A stretch of 64,000 nt of DNA from Candidatus Poribacteria bacterium (GCA_965205015.1 OZ242029.1:3904001-3968000), one strand, 5' to 3'; positions 9,408-19,870 are shown, counted from the stretch's first letter. Notes: generated from the letters alone by a model not told the origin. Made by a program: numbers and translations.

Positions 9408-10472
9408 GTGCTATCCTATCCCGTGAGAAATGGCGATTTACTTCCTAATATTGATAAAATACTCGTCATCCGTGTTGATGGGATCGGAGATTTGCTGAAC
9501 TCGACCCCAGCGATCGCGTTGTTGCGAGAAAACTATCCATCCGCGGAAATCACAGTATTAGCGCGCCCGCTTAATGCATCGGTGCTTATCGGTAATCCCG
9601 ATGTAGACAGGGTTCTGATCTTTGATCGGGAGGGAAAACACCGAGGGGTTTTAGCACAATTCCGATTCTACCGCGAGGTACGCCGTGAGCGGTATCAACT
9701 CGTCGTTGCCATACAGACAGCAATGTGGTCTCATCTCGTTGCTTTTCTTTCGGGTGCGCCATACCGTTTGGGACGTTATCAGAAACGCTTCAAATCCACC
9801 CTCACACACGCGTGGCGCGGTAAATACTTAAAAGGCGAAACCCACGAAGTCGACAGGAACTTAGAACTCGTTCGATTCATCTGTCAGGGAGAAGGTCAGC
9901 CGAAACTTATATTCCACTTGTTGCCCGATGAGATCGCCACGGCGAAAGCACGGCTTACATCGTGGGATATCGGGGACGAGTCATTTCTCATCGGCATCCA
10001 TCCTGGCGGCAGTTCGTTCGATAAACGCTGGCCCGAAATGCAGTATGCTGAGCTCGCGGATAGACTGGCGTCCCACTACAACGCGACAATACTCCTTCTA
10101 CGGGGTCCCGGGGAAGAGGCATTAACGGACAAGATTCAGAAAGCGATGCAGTCCGCTGCTATTGTGCACGCGCCGGAAACAATTCGCGAATTAGGGGCAC
10201 TGCTCTCCTGTTGCGACTTGGTCGTCTGTAACGATTCCGGTCCGATGCACCTCGCTGCAGCATTAGACGTACCGACGGTGGCAATCTTCGGTCCGACGGA
10301 TCATGTGGCGTGGCGTCCGTTGAGTGAAAACGCCTCTATCGTACGGCGGGATATGCCGTGCTGGCCCTGTAGCGCACATAAGTGTAAAATCGGCTGGGAA
10401 TGCACGAAAAAACTTCCCATTGAACCGGTTTGGAATGCAGCGGCGACAGCCGTAGAAACGAGACGAAAATGA
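9408..10472 (+). CDS. Glycosyltransferase family 9 (LPS heptosyltransferase-like)
   Basis: ILVIRVDGIGD, HPGG...KRWP, NDSGPMHLAAA, FGPT, CWPC. Confidence 0.92.
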   Translation: MLSYPVRNGDLLPNIDKILVIRVDGIGDLLNSTPAIALLRENYPSAEITVLARPLNASVLIGNPDVDRVLIFDREGKHRGVLAQFRFYREVRRERYQLVVAIQTAMWSHLVAFLSGAPYRLGRYQKRFKSTLTHAWRGKYLKGETHEVDRNLELVRFICQGEGQPKLIFHLLPDEIATAKARLTSWDIGDESFLIGIHPGGSSFDKRWPEMQYAELADRLASHYNATILLLRGPGEEALTDKIQKAMQSAAIVHAPETIRELGALLSCCDLVVCNDSGPMHLAAALDVPTVAIFGPTDHVAWRPLSENASIVRRDMPCWPCSAHKCKIGWECTKKLPIEPVWNAAATAVETRRK

Positions 10473-11701
10473 AGATTGTCGTAGTCGGGTGGGGCTCAAC
10501 GGGAGATGTCTATCCCATTTTAGCACTATCGGAACGCCTACTTGAAAGAGGTCATCAGGTGCGCGTCTGTGCACCAGGACTTTATAGGGACAAGATTCTT
10601 GAGATCGGCACGGAATTCCACGAGATAGGGGTCGCTTTTGACTTGGCAGAATTTCACACGGCAATGGATGCGATTATCCCGAAGCGCGACCCGACGGCGA
10701 TGCTACGGCTCATCGTAGAGGAAGGGATTGTGCGCCGTGGTGGACAGTGGCATCAGGATTGTTTGAGCGCCATGAAGGGGTTTGATATGGTCATCTGCCA
10801 TTCTGTGGACATCCCTGCCCAAGAGGCTGCGATTCGCACTGGTATCCCGTGGCTGACTGTAACGTATTGTCCCGGTTTCATCAAATCGCTCGACTTCGCG
10901 CCGCATCCATTTCCAAACTGGGGACGCACCTTCAACGCCATTGTATGGAAACTGGCACAACTTCGTCTTGCTTCAAGTATAGACGTGCTTTTCAATCAAT
11001 TCATCGCGTCTGTCGGTGGAGAACCGCGGACTTCAGTCGCATTAGATGGGATGTACTCACCACACCTGAACCTCATCGCTGCATCGCCATCTCTCTGTCC
11101 ACCAAGTGACTTCCCATCGAATCACAAATTCACGGGGGTGTGGCATCTCGCGTCGCCTTCGTATACCCCACCCTCTGAACTTGTCAATTTTTTAGCGGAG
11201 GGTCCACCACCTGTTATTATTTCGTTTGGCTCTATGGGAGGCTCCAATGGACGTGAGACCACGGAAATCTTGATTGACGCTATTAGAAAGACGAACCAAC
11301 GTGCAATCGTTCAAGCCGGATGGGGACAACTCGGGACTGAAGGTGCCCTCCCTGATATCTTCTGCACGGAGTATGTTCCACACCAATGGCTGTTTCCGAA
11401 GGGGTGTTGTGTTGTGCACCACGGCGGTGCCGGAACAACGGCATCCGTGTGTCGCGCCAAAGTTCCTTCTGTCGTTGTCGCGCACCACGCAGATCAACCG
11501 TATTGGGGAAAACGTTTGTCAGGCTTAGGGGTCGCCCCGCGGCATCTACACCGTCGAAGCCTTACTGCCAAACGTTTGGCGAAACGGATTCAAAAAGTAC
11601 TGGCTACACCCGCTATGAAAGAGCGAGTGGAGGTTTTAGGAACACAGATGGAAACAGAAGATGGTTTGACTGCAGCTGTTGACCTGATTGAATCTTTTTA
11701 A
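10469..11701 (+). CDS. Glycosyltransferase (GT1/GT28, sterol glucosyltransferase-like)
   Basis: GSTGDVYP, ISFGSM, HHGGAGTT, DQPYWG; ATGA overlap with upstream gene. Confidence 0.88.
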   Translation: MKIVVVGWGSTGDVYPILALSERLLERGHQVRVCAPGLYRDKILEIGTEFHEIGVAFDLAEFHTAMDAIIPKRDPTAMLRLIVEEGIVRRGGQWHQDCLSAMKGFDMVICHSVDIPAQEAAIRTGIPWLTVTYCPGFIKSLDFAPHPFPNWGRTFNAIVWKLAQLRLASSIDVLFNQFIASVGGEPRTSVALDGMYSPHLNLIAASPSLCPPSDFPSNHKFTGVWHLASPSYTPPSELVNFLAEGPPPVIISFGSMGGSNGRETTEILIDAIRKTNQRAIVQAGWGQLGTEGALPDIFCTEYVPHQWLFPKGCCVVHHGGAGTTASVCRAKVPSVVVAHHADQPYWGKRLSGLGVAPRHLHRRSLTAKRLAKRIQKVLATPAMKERVEVLGTQMETEDGLTAAVDLIESF

Positions 11702-11899
11702 CGAGGGCAGGCATCGGGTACTGGAGAGGGGCAATTGCTCCGAAACGGAAACCCTTCGCGAGGTAAAAGCGGAATAGGAGAAAGCAAAAGAGATGCCGGC
11801 GCATGATGTCAAAGCTGAACTGGCAGAACAGGACGCAGTGGCTCGATATAAAGACGGAAAACCGACGAAATTGAGATAGGAAAAAAAGGAGTTAGAAAA

Positions 11900-12406
11900 A
11901 TGCTAAACTTGTTTGACATTCCAATGCACGACAGAGAAGGCTTTATTGAGGCTTTAGAAAAACTTGAGGCAAAAACAACCGATGTTGCGTGGGAGTTTTT
12001 GGAGTCTGAGATCCCTGGCGTTGCTGAGGATGACGCGTTCGACGGGTTGTGCTGGTTTGAGATCGCCGAAGAAGCACTTGACTTAACCCTGAAAGAAATA
12101 TTGGCGCTCACAACTTTTGACCCTATGGGTATCAGTAGCGACGCGATGGACATGCAGGGACGGGATCCGCTCAGTGACGTGCAGTATCTTCACAAGCTTT
12201 ATGAATGGTGGGAGGTATTACAAAAAGATCGCGAAACACTTGAGAACCTTTTTCAAAACAAAGCCGTTTCTGAAATACTTGAGGAAATACACACCGTTCT
12301 AAAAGTCCATAGTATCCCTTTTGGTAGCATAGAGAGCGTTCACAGGTTCTGTGACAACGCAATGCGGGAAGCGATGGATGCGTGGTTAAAGGACGAGAAG
12401 CGTTAA
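11900..12406 (+). CDS. Hypothetical acidic helical protein
   Basis: 168-aa ORF with AAGGAG RBS; no family recognised. Confidence 0.7.
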   Translation: MLNLFDIPMHDREGFIEALEKLEAKTTDVAWEFLESEIPGVAEDDAFDGLCWFEIAEEALDLTLKEILALTTFDPMGISSDAMDMQGRDPLSDVQYLHKLYEWWEVLQKDRETLENLFQNKAVSEILEEIHTVLKVHSIPFGSIESVHRFCDNAMREAMDAWLKDEKR

Positions 12407-12471
12407 ACCCTCTCCCCTTCAGTTATTTGCGCAATTTGCGTAAGTCCTGATAAAAAAACCTTTCGTAAAAA

Positions 12472-13491
12472 ATGCTGAAGAAAATTCTCGTCTTTAGTTT
12501 CTCATTTATCGGTGATGCAGTGCTGTCCACTGCTGTTATCCAACCCTTGCGAAAACATTTCCCAGATGCCCACATTACCTTCCTTGTCGGACCGCGCGCG
12601 TTTGACCTCCTTGCGACTGACCCCAACATCGACGCAACGCTCGTTTATGACAATCGAGGCGAACACGCCGGTTGGAAAGGGAGGCTGCGTCTCATCAGAA
12701 CCTTACGACTTGAGAAATTCGACCTCGTTGTTAACCTACGGGACAGTCTCATGGCGCGGTGTATCGGGGCGGAACATTGGGGGATGGCGCGCGGTGAGAG
12801 CAATCGCCATGCTGTCACTCGATATTTGGAAGTGCTTCAGAGGCAAGACGTCGACACAACCAATGCACATCCACTCGTAGCATTGACGGAAACAGAACGG
12901 ACTGCTGCACATAATTTTCTTGTTGAGACAGGTCTTAAGTCGGAACGATTGTTAATCGGGATCCATCCTGGTGGGAACTGGGAATATAAGTTGTGGGATG
13001 GAAAGAACTATGCGGATGTTGCGAGTATTTTAGCAGAGAAGTTAGACGCAGCGATTTTACTCTTTGCGGGTCCGAATGAGCACGCACTCCAAGCGCAGGT
13101 CGCGGAAAAGATGGATGTCCCACCCATTCTCGTCAAAACAGACGATCTTCGACACCTCGCGGCACTCCTCTCTGCGTGTGATGTGTATATTGGAAATGAC
13201 ACAGGACCGATGCATATCGCGGCAGCAGTCGGTACACTTGTCGTCGCGCTTTTCGGTTCAACGAACCACATTCGGAGCGGTCCCTACGGGGACGCACATA
13301 CAGTTTTGCAGAGCGGGATAAATCTGGGGTGTAATCCTTGCCATCCGGGAAGGCATCCGGGAGGCTGCGGTGCCGGTAGTTGCGCAGTGATTGCGGGGAT
13401 TACAGTAGGACAGGTATTGGAAGCGATGGAGAGTTATATTTCCTCAGTCTCAATTCCTAATGCCCGTAAATTCCCTTTAAGTTCCTCGTAA
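12472..13491 (+). CDS. Glycosyltransferase family 9 (heptosyltransferase II-like)
   Basis: FIGDAVL, HPGGNWEYKLW, GNDTGPMHIAAA, CNPC. Confidence 0.92.
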   Translation: MLKKILVFSFSFIGDAVLSTAVIQPLRKHFPDAHITFLVGPRAFDLLATDPNIDATLVYDNRGEHAGWKGRLRLIRTLRLEKFDLVVNLRDSLMARCIGAEHWGMARGESNRHAVTRYLEVLQRQDVDTTNAHPLVALTETERTAAHNFLVETGLKSERLLIGIHPGGNWEYKLWDGKNYADVASILAEKLDAAILLFAGPNEHALQAQVAEKMDVPPILVKTDDLRHLAALLSACDVYIGNDTGPMHIAAAVGTLVVALFGSTNHIRSGPYGDAHTVLQSGINLGCNPCHPGRHPGGCGAGSCAVIAGITVGQVLEAMESYISSVSIPNARKFPLSSS

Positions 13492-13627
13492 GCCTCCTAT
13501 GAGATTTCACCAGCGGAAGGACAGCGTTACAATTGAGATTTTGACAAGGTAGGATGTAAGTCCAGATATAAGCGTGGACATCGGATCCGTCAGGTTCTTG
13601 GCGAATAAACATTATCCCTGTGAACAT
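13457..13627 (-). pseudogene. Short relic resembling part of a DUF1156-type adenine DNA methylase
   Basis: 56-aa ORF containing EPDGSDVHAYIWTYILPCQNLNCNAVLPLV, similar from memory to the PDG..P.AYIWART..C.NP.C.A.IPL segment of DUF1156 proteins. Confidence 0.4.
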
Positions 13628-13634
13628 GGCGGGT

Positions 13635-13865
13635 CTAAATTTCTGCCAATAGCCTAAAGTATTGCTCTCTGCTCATTCCAACGGTTCGCATATTGTTTCT
13701 GATAAGGGTAACGGGGATCTCGTCGTAACATGGAATGACGACAGCACGTTTAGCATCGGGATGGTGATAGATAAGATGGGATCCTTTTTGCCTAACGTAG
13801 AGACACCCAAATTCTTCAAAAATTTTAACTTGGGTTCGCCAGTCTGTTGGCGAAAGTCTCGACAT
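13635..13865 (-). CDS. hicA: HicA family toxin
   Basis: 76 aa, RQKGSHL.Y.HP, VVIP, I...LIR.I pattern. Confidence 0.88.
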   Translation of the reverse strand: MSRLSPTDWRTQVKIFEEFGCLYVRQKGSHLIYHHPDAKRAVVIPCYDEIPVTLIRNNMRTVGMSREQYFRLLAEI

Positions 13866-14149
13866 TAAAAAACTCCCAGAGGAACAGTGCGCTGATTAAA
13901 GGCAATCACTTGTTTATCAAGTTGAAGCGTGGATTGCGGGGTATTCAAATCGTAACCGGCATCTTCTAAAAATGCCTTGAGTGTTCCGAGTCTCGCGGAT
14001 TCCTCCAGTTGAATCTCGATGACTTCAAGGAGGTTACTTCGTGCTTCTTCAATGTCCCTTCCGCAACTCACAACGTCCAACTCCGGACAGTAGGCGGTGT
14101 ACATGTTGCCTTCCTTCCAAATTTCTTCTGTTACTACAAGGTTCTTCAT
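13865..14149 (-). CDS. hicB: HicB family antitoxin (short form)
   Basis: ATG 14149 after AAGGAG; YTAYCPELDVVSCGRDIEEARSNLLEVI. Confidence 0.85.
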   Translation of the reverse strand: MKNLVVTEEIWKEGNMYTAYCPELDVVSCGRDIEEARSNLLEVIEIQLEESARLGTLKAFLEDAGYDLNTPQSTLQLDKQVIAFNQRTVPLGVF

Positions 14150-14166
14150 TATAGTCTCCTTATTTA

Positions 14167-14631
14167 TTACGTTCCACCACCGATTACCAATAGACAAATT
14201 CCAATTACCAATAACGCTGAAAAACAGACAAAGAAAATAGTTGGTACAAAAGTTTCAACGACAGTCAGTCGCCAATAGGTTTTCTGCTCTCTGCCTTCGG
14301 TGAGTAGATCCCATTCGCGTTTGAAAAAGGGATAGATAAGTTTTTCTTCCAATTCATGTAACGCTTTAAATTTACCGGAATTCAGTTGGCGGTAAGAACG
14401 GATGACAATATACCACGCTGAAGCTAAAAACATACCAAACAGTCCGAAACCTACCATAAGCCATTCGAGTGGTACTCCGTTTTTGCGCTGTAAAAAGGCA
14501 GAAAAAAGCACTGCTAATCCGGACAAAACCAGCATATAAAAACGGTTTGCGGTTCCCCGTTGCCTGCTGACGCTATCGGCGAGTTCTGCGTGTAGTTTGT
14601 AGATTTCTAAGAGTTCCTGTTTTTCATCCAT
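14167..14631 (-). CDS. Small membrane protein resembling RipA-family octameric/SLATT-like effector
   Basis: ATG 14631 after GGAG; LLEIYKLHAELAD.VS..R..ANRFY, W..IRSYRQLNSGKFKALHELE, LT.VE.FVP.IF; 3 hydrophobic segments. Confidence 0.7.
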   Translation of the reverse strand: MDEKQELLEIYKLHAELADSVSRQRGTANRFYMLVLSGLAVLFSAFLQRKNGVPLEWLMVGFGLFGMFLASAWYIVIRSYRQLNSGKFKALHELEEKLIYPFFKREWDLLTEGREQKTYWRLTVVETFVPTIFFVCFSALLVIGICLLVIGGGT

Positions 14632-14636
14632 ATTTG

Positions 14637-16904
14637 CTAGCTCCTGGATGGTAGAGATGATGCTTTCTGTGTTCCAACGGGCAATTTCTTCCACTGCAGC
14701 CGGAGGCTATTCAACACAACAGATACACTGCTAAACGCCATCGCGAACGCCGCAAGCATCGGGTGGAGTTCCCGAAACATCATCGGTACGAAAGATAGTG
14801 GATACAGCGCGCCTGCTGCAACAGGGATTAAAAGCACATTGTAGAAGAACGCCCAGAAAAGGTTCTGCTTAATCGTGCGCATCGTCGAGCGGCTGAGCCG
14901 AATTGCTTCGGGAAGTCCACGTAAATCGCTGTGCATGAGTGTCACGTGCGCTGTCTCCCTGGCAATATCGGTGCCTGTGCCGAGTGAGATGCCGATATCG
15001 GCTTGTGCCAATGCAGGGGTATCGTTGATGCCGTCGCCGACCATCGCGACGAGTCCACTATTTTCCGTCTGTAACTTTTTAACGGCTGCTGCTTTATCTT
15101 CGGGTTTGAGTTCCGCCATGACATCGCCGATCCGCGTCGCCTTGGCGATTGCATCAGCTGTAACACGGTTATCTCCTGTCATCATTACGACAGTACATCC
15201 AAGTTCGTAGAGTTCCGAGACTACGGCTTGCGCTTCCGATTTTAAGGTGTCGGCGACCGCCAGCAGCCCTACAAGGTGTCCATCAATGGCGACCCATAGG
15301 ACGGTTTTCGCCTCGGTCTGTAGACGCGCTGCGTCTTCTTCAAATTTCCTGGTCGGAATGTTGTGCTGTTGAATTAAGGGTAGATTACCGATGATGACAC
15401 TGTTTTCACCGACCTGTGCGGTGATACCGTGTCCAGTGACGGCTTCAAATTGACTCGGTGTCGCGATATCCAATCCACGGTCCTTAGCTGCTTGGACAAC
15501 TGCTTTTCCGATGGGATGTTCACTGCCACGCTCCGCAGCGGCAGCGAGTTGTAGAAGTTCCGATGCGTCTGTATCCGTGAGAATATCGGTAAGCCTGAGT
15601 TTCCCCTCCGTTAAAGTGCCTGTTTTATCGAGGACGATTGTGGTTAAGTCTCCTGCGCGTTCGAGGGCTTCGCCGTTTCGGAAGAGGATGCCGCGCTGCG
15701 CGCCGATACCGGTTCCCATCATAACGGCGGTTGGGGTGGCGAGTCCCAATGCACACGGGCAGGCTGTGACGAGGATTGCGACTAAACGGAGCATTGCTGG
15801 GGTGAACCCTGCTCCAATAAGGAACCACCACACGAGAAACGTCACAATGGCGATCCCAGAGACAATAGGCACAAACACATTTGTGACTGCATCGGCGGCG
15901 CGTTGGATAGGGGGTTTGCTCTGTTGTGTTGTTTGGACCAATTGGACAAGACGGGCAAGTGCCGTTTCTGCTCCAATATGCGTGGCTTCCATTGTGAGCA
16001 TTCCGCTCTGATTCATCGTCGCTGCGGTCACAGGATCGCCGGGTCCCTTATCGACGGGCATGCTTTCTCCGGTGAAGACGCTTTCATCAATGGCGCTTTT
16101 GCCGCTGCGCACTACACCATCAACAGGAATACTTTCGCCGGGACGCACGAGAAGAACATCGCCTATGCCGACCTGTTCAATCGGAATGTGTTGTTCTTCG
16201 CCGTTTTTTAGGCGACACGCGATTTGGGGGGAAAGTTGGGGGAGTTTTTTCAGGGCTGCGTTTATCTTACCTTTGGCGCGGGCTTCGATCAGTTTCCCTA
16301 ACTTAATCAACGTAATGATAACGGCGGCTGTCTCAAAATAGACGTGGGTTCCAAAGCGCGTCCCTGCGTCCATCCCCAATGCAATCGTTACAACGAGGCT
16401 ATAGAGGAAGGCTACGGATGACCCCATAGCGACGAGGACATCCATATTGGCGGATCCGTTGCGCAAGGCTTTAATACCACCAATATAATAGTCCCAAGCA
16501 ACGTAACCCTGCACCGGTAATGCTAAGCCAAACATGAGCCAGTTAACCCAGCCTGCTGATGCCCACGCGCCTAACAGATTCATATCTCTACCCATGCTGA
16601 GGAGAAAAAGTGGGAGCGTGAAGATGACCCCAACAATGAATTGCCTCTTTTGGTGTCGAAATTCCGCAGCGCGCGCAGCGTCTTCTTCACCTTCATCGAC
16701 AACGTCAAAACCGAGATCTCGGATCTTATCGACGATGGTTTCCTCGCTGAGCGTGGACGCATCAAAGGTAACCGCCGCATATTCAGTGGCAAGACTAACT
16801 TCTGCGGCAAGGACACCCTCCATCTTTTTCAGATGTCGTGTGATGGTGCTTGTACAGTTTTCGCAGTGCATCCCTGTGATGGGGAGGTTAATTTGGTGTT
16901 CCAT
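14637..16904 (-). CDS. copA: Cu(I)-translocating P1B-type ATPase
   Basis: GMHCENC metal-binding domain, [36 protein letters not shown]. Confidence 0.93.
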   Translation of the reverse strand: MEHQINLPITGMHCENCTSTITRHLKKMEGVLAAEVSLATEYAAVTFDASTLSEETIVDKIRDLGFDVVDEGEEDAARAAEFRHQKRQFIVGVIFTLPLFLLSMGRDMNLLGAWASAGWVNWLMFGLALPVQGYVAWDYYIGGIKALRNGSANMDVLVAMGSSVAFLYSLVVTIALGMDAGTRFGTHVYFETAAVIITLIKLGKLIEARAKGKINAALKKLPQLSPQIACRLKNGEEQHIPIEQVGIGDVLLVRPGESIPVDGVVRSGKSAIDESVFTGESMPVDKGPGDPVTAATMNQSGMLTMEATHIGAETALARLVQLVQTTQQSKPPIQRAADAVTNVFVPIVSGIAIVTFLVWWFLIGAGFTPAMLRLVAILVTACPCALGLATPTAVMMGTGIGAQRGILFRNGEALERAGDLTTIVLDKTGTLTEGKLRLTDILTDTDASELLQLAAAAERGSEHPIGKAVVQAAKDRGLDIATPSQFEAVTGHGITAQVGENSVIIGNLPLIQQHNIPTRKFEEDAARLQTEAKTVLWVAIDGHLVGLLAVADTLKSEAQAVVSELYELGCTVVMMTGDNRVTADAIAKATRIGDVMAELKPEDKAAAVKKLQTENSGLVAMVGDGINDTPALAQADIGISLGTGTDIARETAHVTLMHSDLRGLPEAIRLSRSTMRTIKQNLFWAFFYNVLLIPVAAGALYPLSFVPMMFRELHPMLAAFAMAFSSVSVVLNSLRLQWKKLPVGTQKASSLPSRS

Positions 16905-16910
16905 TTTTTA

Positions 16911-17020
16911 ATGGTTATCGGTAGTCGGTTATTGGTAGTCGGTTAAGAGAAGGTGTTTCCCTGGTTAAATTAGATCTCTCTTTAACCGATAACCCGCAGC
17001 CAATAGTTAATTGCTAATGG
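16911..17020. repeat. Heptamer-armed long palindrome, copy A
   Basis: GGTTATC GGTAGTC GGTTATT GGTAGTC GGTTAAGAGA ... TCTCTCTTTAACC GATAACC. Confidence 0.8.
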
Positions 17021-17092
17021 TCTCTTTACCAATTTTAGCACATCGCGAGCAAGAGATGCAAGGAAGGAATATAATAAGCAAAAGTCTCTCAG

Positions 17093-18061
17093 TTAGCCTA
17101 AGTGGACGGGTAGACCCGTTTCAAGAGATTCGTTGGCTGCGATGGACAAAATAGCGGTTTTGGCGGCATCCGAATAGGGAGAGCGGATCGCGCTGCCATC
17201 GCCTGTGCGGACTGCTTCAATAAAGGTGCTATCCATATCAATGGTGCAATTGTTTTGCGGATTCCACGTGGTCGTCTCATCAGCCGTGGAGAGCACAAGC
17301 GCACTACGGAGATGGTATTCAAGTGAACCGTCCTCACAAAAGATGTCTAAGCCGGAACGCCGCATCCCATTCGTTGTGAAGCAGGCGGAAAACATAACAC
17401 CGAAGACACCACTCTCGAATTGTAACGAGACGGCAGAGGCTTCCTCAATATCGTAATCGGTATTCGGGATCAGATCGTTGCGTGCGACGGCATAGACGGT
17501 TTTGACTTCACCGAAGAGGTACCTCGCCATATCAAATTCATGTGTTGTCTGCTCCATGAGCTGCCCGCCGGATTTCGCTTTCTCGCGCCACCATCCACCC
17601 GGCATGCCGCCCATCCAATAACCCATGAAGAATCCGACGCGTCGAGAAGCGAGGAGTTCCTGCGCCTTGTCGATAATATCAAGATAGCGTTCCTGATACC
17701 CAGTCGCGGTAATAATCCCCTTTTCTTCGACTTCAGCAGCGATTTCTTTTGCTTCGTCAGCATCCATGTGCACCGGTTTCTCTACAAACATCGGCAGCCC
17801 AGCAGCAATGACTGCACGCTCAGGGGCACCGTGGGCAAACGGCGGAATCGAAATGTAAACAGCATCTAATTCCTCGCTTGCGAGCATCTGATTGTAGTCT
17901 GCATAGGCTTTGCCACCGTATTGGGTGACAGCCTGCTCTGCTTTGTCGATTACAATATCGCAGAAGGCGACGAATTTTGTGCCGCCGATCTCGGTTAATT
18001 CACGCAAGTGGCGGTTCATGTTGCCACCCGTGCCGATAAAACCTAACCTAACATCTGACAT
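17093..18061 (-). CDS. Gfo/Idh/MocA family oxidoreductase
   Basis: LGFIGTG, PPFAH, FVEKP, SGGQLMEQTTHEFD. Confidence 0.92.
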   Translation of the reverse strand: MSDVRLGFIGTGGNMNRHLRELTEIGGTKFVAFCDIVIDKAEQAVTQYGGKAYADYNQMLASEELDAVYISIPPFAHGAPERAVIAAGLPMFVEKPVHMDADEAKEIAAEVEEKGIITATGYQERYLDIIDKAQELLASRRVGFFMGYWMGGMPGGWWREKAKSGGQLMEQTTHEFDMARYLFGEVKTVYAVARNDLIPNTDYDIEEASAVSLQFESGVFGVMFSACFTTNGMRRSGLDIFCEDGSLEYHLRSALVLSTADETTTWNPQNNCTIDMDSTFIEAVRTGDGSAIRSPYSDAAKTAILSIAANESLETGLPVHLG

Positions 18062-18126
18062 TTTTTTATTATTATCCTTATTGGTTTCTCTCCGTTGTTG
18101 AGAAACGAACGGTTTATTAGAAAAGA

Positions 18127-18341
18127 TTGGGCAGGTACAAGACCTGCCCCTACGGTTTGTGGTGTGCTTGCTTCACTGGTAATTGGGCAGGTACAAGACC
18201 TGCCCCTACAGTTTGTGGTGTGCTTGCTTCACTGGTACTTGGGCAGGTACAAGACCTGCCCCTACGGTTTGTGGTGTGCTTGCTTCACTGGCACTTGGGC
18301 AGGTACAAGACCTGCCCCTACGGTTTGTGGTGTGCTTGCTT
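18127..18341 (-). repeat. Tandem array (56-bp period, about 3.8 copies) of GTAG-type REP family A
   Basis: Units start at 18127, 18183, 18239, 18295; minus strand GTAGGGGCAGGTCTTGTACCTGCCC plus near-constant linker. Confidence 0.92.
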
Positions 18342-18401
18342 GGGGATCAGAATCCCTTTACACTACCACATGTTTAACCAATCGCCGATGACTGATAACC
18401 G

Positions 18402-19835
18402 TTAAAAAACTGAATTTTGTGCGGGAGTGAGCATGAGTGATGGCAGAATACCGATAAGCAATACACCAATCGCCGCGAGAACTAATCCCACAACAAGTGT
18501 GCTGGGATACGACGCGAATGGCAGTTCCTCTTCCGGTTCACGCATATACATCGTGACAACAACTCGGAGATAGTAAAATGCCGATATTGCTGTGTTGATT
18601 GCTCCAATAATAACAAGCCAGATATGTCCTGCTTGAACGGCCGATTTAAAGATATAGAATTTCCCAACGAACCCGGCAGTCGGTGGAAAACCGGCGAGTG
18701 ATAAAAGCATTATCGTCATAAACATGGCAAGTAACGGCTTTCGGAGACCGAGTCCAGCGTAATCGGAAATCATGAGACTCTCACCGTCCTCTGTTTTCGC
18801 CAAGATGACCGCACCGAAAGCACCGATATTCATCACACAATAAACGAGCAGGTAAAGCATGGCACTCGAAATTCCGTCGTTATTTGCAGCCGCTAAGCCT
18901 ATTAGGACGTAACCTGCGTGTGCGATACTTGAATACGCGAGCATCCGTTTTATGCTTGTCTGTGCAATCGCAATGACATTTCCGACTGTCATCGTTAACA
19001 TTGCCAACACAATGACAACACTACTCCATTCGACTTGCAGATTTGGTAGTGCTTCCATGAAAATTCTGAGGAACGCTGCAAACCCAGCCGCCTTGGGTCC
19101 AGCGGAGATAAACGCGGCTATCGTTGTGGGTGCGCCTTCGTACACATCGGGTGCCCATTGATGGAACGGAACAATAGCAACCTTAAATCCAAATCCGACA
19201 ATAAGAAGGAACATACCCGCTAACAACAGTGGCGATTTATTTGCGGCAGTGATCGCTTCAGCAATCGCGGGGACATTCGTCGTTCCGGCACCCCCATAAA
19301 TAAGAGCGATCCCGTAGAGGAAGAACGCGCTTGCAAACGCACCGAGCAATAGGTATTTCATGCCCGCCTCGCTGGAAGCAGGATTATCTCGAAAATAACC
19401 CGCCAACACATACAGCGATAATGACATCAGTTCCAAGCCGAGGAAGACAATAATCAACTCATTGCCGGCAGCCATCAACATCATACCGAACGTCGCCAGC
19501 AGAATGAGTAGGTAGTAAGGTCCCTGCTTTCTGTCGTCCCTGTCCAGATAACTCATCGAAATCAAAGCGACCAGAATCGTCGAAACAAGGAAAATAATGT
19601 TGAAGAAGAGTGAGAAATTATCCACCTTGAACATATCGTTGAACTGCGTGCCGACTGTACCTGCTTGATGCATCTGGATAGAGACCCACAGGGCAATCCC
19701 AGCCCCAACGATCGTCATCCAGCCAAGAATCGCTTTTGAAATGCCGTCAAACAGGTCAAAAACGAGGACGATGAGCAACGTTAAAGCGATAATCAGTTCC
19801 GGCATCAGTAATTGCCAGTTAATCTCTATTGGCAT
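18402..19835 (-). CDS. nuoN: NADH-quinone oxidoreductase subunit N
   Basis: EAGMKY, FKVAIVPFHQWAPDVYEGAP, KRMLAYSSIAH, GFPP..GF.GK. Confidence 0.95.
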   Translation of the reverse strand: MPIEINWQLLMPELIIALTLLIVLVFDLFDGISKAILGWMTIVGAGIALWVSIQMHQAGTVGTQFNDMFKVDNFSLFFNIIFLVSTILVALISMSYLDRDDRKQGPYYLLILLATFGMMLMAAGNELIIVFLGLELMSLSLYVLAGYFRDNPASSEAGMKYLLLGAFASAFFLYGIALIYGGAGTTNVPAIAEAITAANKSPLLLAGMFLLIVGFGFKVAIVPFHQWAPDVYEGAPTTIAAFISAGPKAAGFAAFLRIFMEALPNLQVEWSSVVIVLAMLTMTVGNVIAIAQTSIKRMLAYSSIAHAGYVLIGLAAANNDGISSAMLYLLVYCVMNIGAFGAVILAKTEDGESLMISDYAGLGLRKPLLAMFMTIMLLSLAGFPPTAGFVGKFYIFKSAVQAGHIWLVIIGAINTAISAFYYLRVVVTMYMREPEEELPFASYPSTLVVGLVLAAIGVLLIGILPSLMLTPAQNSVF

Positions 19836-19850
19836 TCGAAATCTCCATAA

Positions 19851-19870
19851 AATGGTTGTCAGTTAAGAGG
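19851..19870. repeat. Single arm of heptamer-armed palindrome (copy B)
   Basis: ATGGTTGTCAGTTAAGAGG just upstream of the nuoN RBS. Confidence 0.55.

Noticed and set aside
11715-11775. Glycine riboswitch-like words (CTGGAGAG, CCGAA, AGGTAAAAG)
   Set aside because: Lacks the CUCUCAGG pairing and P1 closure, and the downstream gene is unrelated to glycine metabolism.
18127-18341. Possible CRISPR array
   Set aside because: The would-be spacers are near-identical, the repeat is a GTAG REP also present in gcvP, and there are no cas genes.
18095-18405. Repetitive ORFs in three frames
   Set aside because: Artefacts of the 56-bp tandem repeat; no RBS or protein-like composition.
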